The position numbers and the translations under genes were made by a program. From contig DAIDIC010000185.1 of assembly GCA_027459525.1 (NCBI GenBank), positions 3,992-67,991 of the forward strand: a stretch of 64,000 nucleotides of DNA, in the 5' to 3' direction. The notes beneath the pieces were generated by a model. The model was not told where the DNA came from, searched no databases, and was given only the letters and a program-made list of their open reading frames with translations. How positions within the stretch are numbered: position 1 is the first letter of the stretch; each line of letters opens with the position of its first letter. The DNA comes from Ktedonobacteria bacterium. Lineage in GTDB: Bacteria; Chloroflexota; Ktedonobacteria; Ktedonobacterales; JACDGC01. Of the stretch, positions 57,155 to 64,000 are shown one piece after another.

Positions 57155-58522
57155 CTATTGTGAAATGATGGGAATATTCCACATTTGCGCAAGAAACCGC
57201 AATTCTTGTATGAAAGAACCTTCCGTAAAAATAACGTGATGCTCTAATCCCTGCGCCATCATGGTATCGAGCAGAGATTTTGCAGAACCGATGGGACGGA
57301 AAACAGCTGAGTTCCCTTGAAAGCGATTTTCCGGAACATCCAATAATTCTCCTTCTACCGCCAGCAGTCGAAAGCCGGTATGAGAGACGCCGAGCCTTGC
57401 TACGGTAACGTGGCCGGGGCGAATGGGGAAATTTCCGGCGACACCAATTTTGCGGTTGCAATGTCCCGCCATAACCGGTTCAGAGCCGTTGCGCGCCAGC
57501 GAAATTGCAGCGTTGCCACAGTGCCAAAGCGTTAACGTATTTTTCATGTCATCCATAGCAACCACATCTGCCATAAGGGGTGGTTTACCGCTGAAATATT
57601 GCAGCATAAGCTGGGTAACTGCGCCATATACATCTGTTTCACAAGAGGCGATGACGCCGTCTTCGGCAATGCGGCCCATGGCGGCGCAGGGCATAACCTG
57701 AAATTGTGAGGGAAATTCCGGCCAGCACCGCACAGCCAGCGCGTCACTGTGGTCTTCGGCGGCGGCGTCTTTTAGCGCGCAATATGTTTGCCCAAAGCGT
57801 TGGACATCTTGCGGGTTCAACGCTTGCAAACTGGGAGAATCTTTGATTGCCTGCTGTGTAATTGCCTGAACGCGGGCGCTGTCCGCTTGCTCGGCAGCGG
57901 CAAACAGCGTTCCCAAGTCTTTTTGAACAATTGTAGGGCCGATAACCTGCGCTAAGGCCAGCTCGTCGAATTGCGAGCTGTAAAATCCCGTTGGGGCTTG
58001 GCCGATTACCGAGATTTTAGCGCGCCGCAGTTTGCGGTTTACGGCGCAGGCGCCGGCAAACGCTGCAATTTCTTGCAACGCCGCGGGTTCCTCGGGATCA
58101 CCATAAACGTAGTGGGTAACATAGTTTTCCCGTTGCAGCGCGTTTGCCGCGATATTGGCTCCGCATAAAGAATTCAGCCATAGCCTGTCTCCAACGGGGC
58201 CGGGTTCGCGAAACGCCCAAAGCAAAATCGGCCGATTTACCGCGCGGGCCAGTTCCAGCGCTGCGCTGGCGTCGGCAAAAGAGGCGTGCGCAATAATCAA
58301 TATATCGGCATGCTCTTGTTGAATGCGCTCTCCGGCGTTGCGCGCAGCTTGGGAATCCATAAACACTTCATCGGTTCCTGCTATTGGCCACCCCAGTGTT
58401 TGCAGCGCGTTCAGGGCGCGCCGCGTTATTGCGGTTTCATACTCTACGGCAAAAGTGGCGCGGCCAACGCCGGCAAATCCTAAGACAGGAATGGCGCGGG
58501 TTTGCATATGAGCGTTTGTCAT
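57155..58522 (-). CDS. L-fucose/L-arabinose isomerase-family aldose-ketose isomerase (COG2407-like)
   Basis: The C-terminal pattern CAAMGRIAEDGVIASCETDVYGAVTQLML..LWHCGNAA is typical of FucI-related proteins. GGGAAG lies 7 nt before ATG 58522. Confidence 0.65.
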   Translation of the reverse strand: MTNAHMQTRAIPVLGFAGVGRATFAVEYETAITRRALNALQTLGWPIAGTDEVFMDSQAARNAGERIQQEHADILIIAHASFADASAALELARAVNRPILLWAFREPGPVGDRLWLNSLCGANIAANALQRENYVTHYVYGDPEEPAALQEIAAFAGACAVNRKLRRAKISVIGQAPTGFYSSQFDELALAQVIGPTIVQKDLGTLFAAAEQADSARVQAITQQAIKDSPSLQALNPQDVQRFGQTYCALKDAAAEDHSDALAVRCWPEFPSQFQVMPCAAMGRIAEDGVIASCETDVYGAVTQLMLQYFSGKPPLMADVVAMDDMKNTLTLWHCGNAAISLARNGSEPVMAGHCNRKIGVAGNFPIRPGHVTVARLGVSHTGFRLLAVEGELLDVPENRFQGNSAVFRPIGSAKSLLDTMMAQGLEHHVIFTEGSFIQELRFLAQMWNIPIISQ

Positions 58523-58641
58523 GAAAACACTTCCCACTTTCTGTTCATTTAATTAAGTTAGTAAATTAATTATGCCAAGGAAGAGTGATATTGTCAAGTC
58601 ATTTGCGGTGAATTTTGCAGAGAGTAAAAAAATTTTACAGA

Positions 58642-59877
58642 TTAAACTGACGCCCGTTCTGGCGCTTGCTGTAAAAATGCGCCGCGTTTCAATATAACGC
58701 TGTCCAGCGCCACTGCGGCGGCGCCGATTAACCCGGCGTCGGATCCAAATGTGGCAGGCACAATGTGCACCATATCGTCATCAGAAAGAAACGCATGCTG
58801 CCGGACGGTATCACGCACGATATTCAGAAAATCGCTGCCCGATTCCGTGATGATTCCATGCAGCGCGATATGGCTGGGGTTGAGTAGATCGACCATGTTT
58901 GCCAGCGCTATGCCGATGGATTTTGCCACTTCCATTTGTAACTGTACCGCTTGTGGATCTCCTTGGTGAGCGCGGCGAGCTAAACTGTAGATGGCTTCTT
59001 TTGGATTGTAATTTTTCTCGTTTTCGGTGATAATGCCCAGCGCAACGGCGCGGCGTAAAATTGCGATTTCTGATGATGTCGTTTCAAGGCAGCCGCGGTT
59101 GCCGCAATAGCATTGTTCTCCTTGCGGATCGACACACACATGGCCGATTTCACCGGCGCCGCCATGAGAGCCGTGATATGGATTGCCTTCGATAATGATA
59201 CCGGATCCGATACCGGTTCCGATATATACGAAGGCGACGTTGCGATAGGCCCGCAGCTTGCCAAATATGGTTTCGCCGATTGCCATGCCGCGCACGTTGT
59301 TATCCAGCGCTATGGGAATATTCAAACGTTCCTCCAGCATATGCGCAAAAGGCACATTTTCCCAGCCGATTCGCGGCATGTGTTTGGCTATTCCTCTGTC
59401 GGCGTCTACCAAGCCGACAATGCCCACACCGGCGGCGGCCAGCCGTGTTTGCAGAAACGCATCGGTTTGCAGCATAGATTGCCATGTTTGGGCAATGGTG
59501 TTTGCCGCCCAATCCGGAGTATACGCATCGGGGGTTGCTATTTCTGTTCGCGCAGCAAGCTTGCCTTTTAATGTTGCCAGACCGATACGCAGCGAGGAAA
59601 CGCCTTGGTGCGCCACGCCAATGAGGTATTGATTTTCGGTTAAATCTAGGATGATAGATTGCGCGCCAACTCTTTTACTGGGTAATGCTCCCAGTTCTTG
59701 CAAAAAGCCATCGTCAATCAGGTCCCGCGTAATATTGCTGATTGCCGCAGGCGTCAGCCCGGTTTGCCGCGCCAGCTCAACCCTAGGCAGCCCGCCGTAT
59801 TGCAGAATGGTCCGCAAAACCCGCTCGCGGTTATACATTCGGTTGCTGATATTTCCTGCGCCTGCTGCAGCGTCCAT
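58642..59877 (-). CDS. ROK-family transcriptional repressor (NagC/XylR-like)
   Basis: It has the N-terminal wHTH (RERVLRTILQYGGLPRVELARQTGLTPAAISNITRDL) and the ROK sugar-kinase-like domain with the Zn motif GHVCVDPQGEQCYCGNRGCLE. Confidence 0.85.
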   Translation of the reverse strand: MDAAAGAGNISNRMYNRERVLRTILQYGGLPRVELARQTGLTPAAISNITRDLIDDGFLQELGALPSKRVGAQSIILDLTENQYLIGVAHQGVSSLRIGLATLKGKLAARTEIATPDAYTPDWAANTIAQTWQSMLQTDAFLQTRLAAAGVGIVGLVDADRGIAKHMPRIGWENVPFAHMLEERLNIPIALDNNVRGMAIGETIFGKLRAYRNVAFVYIGTGIGSGIIIEGNPYHGSHGGAGEIGHVCVDPQGEQCYCGNRGCLETTSSEIAILRRAVALGIITENEKNYNPKEAIYSLARRAHQGDPQAVQLQMEVAKSIGIALANMVDLLNPSHIALHGIITESGSDFLNIVRDTVRQHAFLSDDDMVHIVPATFGSDAGLIGAAAVALDSVILKRGAFLQQAPERASV

Positions 59878-59999
59878 AAATACCCCTCTTGACAAATCAA
59901 TTAATTAAGTTGATAAATATACTATGACAGATAAAACGTATTTTGTCAAGTACCGTTTTCCCTCTGTTTGAATGATTCACGAAAGTGAGGCGCAAAACT

Positions 60000-60284
60000 A
60001 TGGCGCATGGCTTTTTAGCGCATCACGCGCAAGATGATGTTGGCGTAGCGACACGAGATCTTCACGCCGGCGAAGTTGTTGAAGGTGTGTATATGGATTC
60101 TGAACAAAGTATTTCCATCACCTTGGCGTCCAATGTTCCTTTAGGGCATAAAGTGGCGTTGAAAGATCTTCCGGCGAATAGTGAATGCCGGGAATATAAC
60201 GAAATTATCGGGCGTATAACTGCGGATATTGCCAAAGGTGAACTGGTTCATGTTCATAATTTAAAATCGATAAGGTGGGCCTGA
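60000..60284 (+). CDS. UxaA-family small subunit (SAF domain), SuyA-like
   Basis: This is a 94-aa protein with DDVGVATRDLHAGE..PLGHKVALKDL..EYNEIIGRITADIAKGELVHVHN, the N-terminal SAF module of altronate-dehydratase-type enzymes. Confidence 0.7.
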   Translation: MAHGFLAHHAQDDVGVATRDLHAGEVVEGVYMDSEQSISITLASNVPLGHKVALKDLPANSECREYNEIIGRITADIAKGELVHVHNLKSIRWA

Positions 60285-60286
60285 TT

Positions 60287-61444
60287 ATGCCGAGCACTAC
60301 GTTTTGGGGATATCGGCGCGCTAACGGAACTGTCGGAACGCGCAATCATGTAATCATTTTGCCGGTTGATGATCTTTCCAACGCTGCGGCAGAAACATTA
60401 AGCCATATGATTCAAGGCACAATGGCTATTCCTCATCCCTATGGCCGACTGCAGTTCGGCGAAGATTTAGATCTGACTTTCCGTACACTTATTGGCGCCG
60501 GCGCTAACCCCAATGTTGCTGCAGTAGTTGTTTTATGTATTGAGCCAAAATGGGGCAAACTTGTTGCTGATGGTATTGCCAAAACCGGTAAACCTGTTGC
60601 CAGTTTTGCTATTGAAGACGCCGGAGATATTGGCACAATTGCCGCCGCCGCGAAAACATTGCGTGAATTTGTTTTAGACGCTTCCGAATTGAAACGAGAA
60701 TGGCTGCCGGTGAGCGACGCTGTTTTCAGTGTTAAATGCGGTGAATCGGATACAACATCTGGCTTGGCGTCTAACCCAGCGGTGGGTTCGGCTGTTGAAT
60801 GGCTGGTTGAGCAAGGCGCAACAGTGATTTTCGGTGAAACCAGCGAAATTACCGGAGCCGAACATATCATCGCCGCGCGATTTCAAACAGACGCTGGCAG
60901 AGAAAAATATTTGCGCATGCATCAATCGTATCAGGACCTCATCATTCAATCTGGCGCAGATTTGCTTGGCTCTCAGCCGACTCAAGGCAATATTAAAGGC
61001 GGCTTGACCACTATTGAGGAAAAAGCTCTGGGCAATATTCAAAAAATTGGCAATCTTACCATTGCGGACGCTATTGAGCCGGCGGTAACTCCTCCGGGCA
61101 AAGGACTTTATTTTATGGATTCCTCGTCGGCGGCGGCAGAGATGGTTACCTTATGCGCGGCGGCAGGTTCGATGTTTCACTTTTTCACAACCGGACAAGG
61201 CAATATTATTGGCAATGCGATTATTCCGGTGTTAAAAACAACGGCAAATCCCAAAACCGCTAACATTATGAGCGACCATATTGATGTTGATATTAGCGGT
61301 ATGCTGACACGCGAACTGTCGCTGAAAAGCGCCGGCGAAAAATTGCTGGATATGATGACGCGGATTGCCGGCGGCAGAATGTCTTGCAGTGAGGCGTTGG
61401 GCCACAAAGAATTTGTTCTTACTAAACTGTATCGCAGCGCGTAA
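60287..61444 (+). CDS. UxaA-family large (catalytic) subunit, SuyB-like
   Basis: This is a 385-aa protein. Its start lies 2 nt after the small-subunit stop, with AAGGTGG upstream. It has family-typical segments FWGYRRANGTVGTRN, VKCGESDTTSGLASNP and GNIKGGLTTIEEKALGN. Confidence 0.7.
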   Translation: MPSTTFWGYRRANGTVGTRNHVIILPVDDLSNAAAETLSHMIQGTMAIPHPYGRLQFGEDLDLTFRTLIGAGANPNVAAVVVLCIEPKWGKLVADGIAKTGKPVASFAIEDAGDIGTIAAAAKTLREFVLDASELKREWLPVSDAVFSVKCGESDTTSGLASNPAVGSAVEWLVEQGATVIFGETSEITGAEHIIAARFQTDAGREKYLRMHQSYQDLIIQSGADLLGSQPTQGNIKGGLTTIEEKALGNIQKIGNLTIADAIEPAVTPPGKGLYFMDSSSAAAEMVTLCAAAGSMFHFFTTGQGNIIGNAIIPVLKTTANPKTANIMSDHIDVDISGMLTRELSLKSAGEKLLDMMTRIAGGRMSCSEALGHKEFVLTKLYRSA

Positions 61445-61624
61445 AAAGACAGTCGCTTTTTATTTTTACTCCGTTTGCAGCGGTTTGGCGCCTTTGCGCA
61501 ATAGCGCAGTGGTAATACACAAGAGGCGCCGCCGCTTGCGCGGAGTTTGGGCAGTATCTTCCCACATGTCCTTTTATTTTGAAAAATATTTTCTCAGCAA
61601 GCAGTATTGCAGAATGTGAGATAT

Positions 61625-62587
61625 ATGATTATTGTCAGTGAATTTATTGCGGATCCGGGGCCAGCCATGTTGCAAGCAAGCGGAAGGGAAAATATCATTG
61701 ATCCGGGGTTATGGCAGCGCCGCGAAAACCTATTGCAATTGCTGCAATCAGCCGAAGCGCTGATCATCCGAAATCAGACAAAAGCTGATGAACAGCTGTT
61801 TAGCGCCGCGCCGCGTCTAAAAGTTTTGGGCCGGCTTGGTGTTGGGTTGGATAATATTGATTTGGCGGCGGCGGCCAAACATGGCGTTGCTGTTACTTCG
61901 GCGCGGAACGCAAACGCTATTGCCGTGGCGGAATATGTTTTTGCTGCCATGACGCATTTTGCGCGCCCGCTGTATAAGATGGACGGCAGTGTGCGCGCCG
62001 GTGGCTGGGAGCGAGAAATATATACAACGGTTGAATTGGCCGGCAAAACTTTGGGGCTGATTGGCGTCGGCGAAATTGGCCGGCGAGTTGCCGCCAGAGC
62101 CAAAGCGTTTTCGATGCAAGTTTTGGCGTATGATCCGTTTATCGGCCCCTATGACGCCGCTGTGGCGGAAGACCACGCGGAATTGCTTTCGCTGGAAGAA
62201 GTGGCGCGGCGTTCTGATTATTTAAGCGTTCACACACCGCTTACCGCGGCGACACGGCATATGATAAACGCGGATATATTGCAGCTGGTAAAGCCCGAAG
62301 CGGTTCTTATCAATACGTCTCGCGGGCCGGTTATTGATGAGGCTGCGCTGTTGGCGGCGCTGCAGTCGGAAAAATTGCGCGGCGCGGCGTTGGATGTGCG
62401 GGAAAGTGAGCCGCCTGCAATGGGTGACGCGCTGGCAAATCATCCGCGGGTTTGTTCTACGCCGCATATTGCCGGCCTTACAGCCGAAGCGCAGGAAAGA
62501 ACTTCTTTGCTGGTGGTTGCGGATGTTTTGCGGGTGTTACGCGGAGAGCGCGCCATTGGCGCAGTGAAGCTGCCTGTAAAACAGTGA
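61625..62587 (+). CDS. D-isomer-specific 2-hydroxyacid dehydrogenase (PGDH-like)
   Basis: It has GKTLGLIGVGEIGRRVA (NAD fold), SVHTPLT..TRHMI, LINTSRGPVID, AALDV..EP and TPHIAG. Confidence 0.8.
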   Translation: MIIVSEFIADPGPAMLQASGRENIIDPGLWQRRENLLQLLQSAEALIIRNQTKADEQLFSAAPRLKVLGRLGVGLDNIDLAAAAKHGVAVTSARNANAIAVAEYVFAAMTHFARPLYKMDGSVRAGGWEREIYTTVELAGKTLGLIGVGEIGRRVAARAKAFSMQVLAYDPFIGPYDAAVAEDHAELLSLEEVARRSDYLSVHTPLTAATRHMINADILQLVKPEAVLINTSRGPVIDEAALLAALQSEKLRGAALDVRESEPPAMGDALANHPRVCSTPHIAGLTAEAQERTSLLVVADVLRVLRGERAIGAVKLPVKQ

Positions 62588-62737
62588 CATTGCGGCGCCG
62601 CGCCGGAATATTAAACTATAGTATGGCGCTTACTATATGGAAGCGCTGTTAAGCTCTGAAAAAACAGCGCCGCTCATGTTATGCATTTGCCGGCGCGGTT
62701 GTAGTGTTTGCCTGCGGCAGGCAGCCGCGCAGATTGA

Positions 62738-64000
62738 TTATGATGGCTTCGCGAAAAACACTACTACCGCTATCGTCATAAATATTCCCAGCATTTGCGC
62801 GCCTTCAAACCAAGTGGTTTCGCCATCTATGGTAATAATCTGATAGATATATGCAATCAGCGCGAAAACCGCGAGGATGAATAAACCAAACACTAAGTTA
62901 ATATCCGGCAATTGAATCAACGAAAAACGGCTGAGCAGCAAAATCAGCGGGCCGATAAGCAGCGCTGTTTGAATGGCGGAGCCGGTTGTGATAGCCATGG
63001 AGTTTTGTAAATCGTTATTCCACGCTTTGCGCACTGCGGTGGCAATATCTACCAAGCCGGTAGCAATTGGCAGCACAATAAAGCCGACAAAAAACGGATT
63101 GAGTCCCAATCCTTCAATTAATCCACCCTCAATGCTGTGCGCCATCTGGTCCAGCACAAATACCGCGCCGGCGCCGCCGATAATCAGCAGACTAATTCGT
63201 CCGATTACATGGATGATATGCTCATTTTCCGGTTTAGTTGCTGCGCGATCTTTAATGCGTTTGTTTCGCTCCGCGCGGCGCAGTAATTCTTCATCCGGCA
63301 ATTCCGCTAATTTATGCTGAATAATAACTTTTTGTTTTCGGCGATTGCTCGCAACAGTGACAGGGAACTTCACAATATTAAAAATCATTACAAAGGGACT
63401 GATGGCGATGTAAAAGATTGCGACAAATAAATTTTTAATAAATGTGGCCGGCGCCATGACATCAAATTTTACGCTGGCCTTTTTTTCTTTGCGTTTTAAG
63501 TTTTCCTGCCGCAGTTGTTCTTTATGCGCAAAGTCTTCTTCCTCTTCCTCTTCCAGCATGATATCCAAATCATCAATTTGATCCTGGATTTCGGCGTTGG
63601 TGTCGGCTTCGATTTCTTTGTTATTCGTTTGCAGCACTGTGGGATTTCTTAACGCTTGAGTAATGGTAATTTGATCATTGCTGATTAACACTTTGCGAAC
63701 GGCGCGGAAAATAAGTTTCATAATAGTATCTTCAACATCGTCATTCGTTTGTTTTTGCCGATCGCCAAGCTTAAACAATGTCCATAATGTGTAACTGACG
63801 TAGATAAAAATTAATATAAAAGAGATGATGACGCTTAAATTGGAAATAGTTGAAGTGGGAACCTTATATTGCAGGTTATCTAAAAAGCTGGGGCTGATGT
63901 TAAACCTATTGGCTAAAGTTGGCAGAGATAATATGATAACGGCGATGGCAATCATTTCGGAGTCTTGGTTGGCCAGTTCTTTGCTGAAATGCATGCGCCC
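62738..64000 (-). CDS. CaCA (cation/proton exchanger, CAX-like) family membrane protein, N-terminus beyond window
   Basis: The ORF is open to the window end. It has two alpha-repeat-like regions separated by a long loop with the acidic run EEEEEEDF. The alpha-2 region FVGFIVLPIATGLVDIATAVRKAWNNDLQNSMAITTGSAIQTALL resembles CAX but lacks the GNAAEH motif. Confidence 0.55.
   Translation of the reverse strand, partial: GRMHFSKELANQDSEMIAIAVIILSLPTLANRFNISPSFLDNLQYKVPTSTISNLSVIISFILIFIYVSYTLWTLFKLGDRQKQTNDDVEDTIMKLIFRAVRKVLISNDQITITQALRNPTVLQTNNKEIEADTNAEIQDQIDDLDIMLEEEEEEDFAHKEQLRQENLKRKEKKASVKFDVMAPATFIKNLFVAIFYIAISPFVMIFNIVKFPVTVASNRRKQKVIIQHKLAELPDEELLRRAERNKRIKDRAATKPENEHIIHVIGRISLLIIGGAGAVFVLDQMAHSIEGGLIEGLGLNPFFVGFIVLPIATGLVDIATAVRKAWNNDLQNSMAITTGSAIQTALLIGPLILLLSRFSLIQLPDINLVFGLFILAVFALIAYIYQIITIDGETTWFEGAQMLGIFMTIAVVVFFAKPS

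Noticed and set aside
1-64000. tRNA, rRNA or other known ncRNA genes in intergenic regions.
   Set aside because: Visual scanning found no T-loop-like GTTCGAATC/GGTTCAAATCC motifs, no cloverleaf-sized GC-rich segments and no rRNA-like sequence. A tRNAscan/Infernal run would be needed to exclude them formally.

Overview
This is a 64-kb chromosomal segment from a mid-GC bacterium. I call about 50 protein genes and recognised no rRNA, tRNA or CRISPR array. The gene content includes a type-2 IPP isomerase, a ComB-like phosphatase, secreted S53 and BNR enzymes with FG-GAP-type propellers, and a CUT1 sugar transporter whose binding protein is a TAT lipoprotein. That mix fits a Chloroflexota or other Terrabacteria-like organism, but this is inference only.

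The housekeeping backbone is a comEC-like gene, an RluA-family pseudouridine synthase, a nuoM-nuoN pair, fni, dnaE, arginase, a Fur-family regulator, two-component genes and a tandem USP.

The accessory content is two convergent secreted enzymes sharing a 47-aa propeller repeat, an ABC-2 exporter, a TetR plus DHA2 MFS pair, an FGE-fold gene with deviant composition, and a 13-kb ROK-regulated sugar locus.

Five observations matter most.
1. A dispersed element of about 137 bp has 13-nt terminal inverted repeats and 5-bp target-site duplications. There are 4 intact copies and 3 degenerate or rearranged ones, and it looks like an undescribed MITE family.
2. A single ORF fuses a pyruvoyl-type AdoMet-decarboxylase-like domain to a deoxyhypusine-synthase-like domain. 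The C-terminal assignment is tentative.
3. A sugar locus without any kinase combines glycosidase, isomerase, transaldolase and aldehyde dehydrogenase. Its logic parallels the sulfo-TAL pathway, but its components do not look like the canonical sulfoquinovose enzymes.
4. Next to it is a split UxaA-family pair with SuyAB-like architecture.
5. A block of tandem repeats (period 122-127 bp) with mutually exclusive palindromic hairpins lies between convergent genes.

All functional calls rest on motif recognition by eye. No database search was possible.
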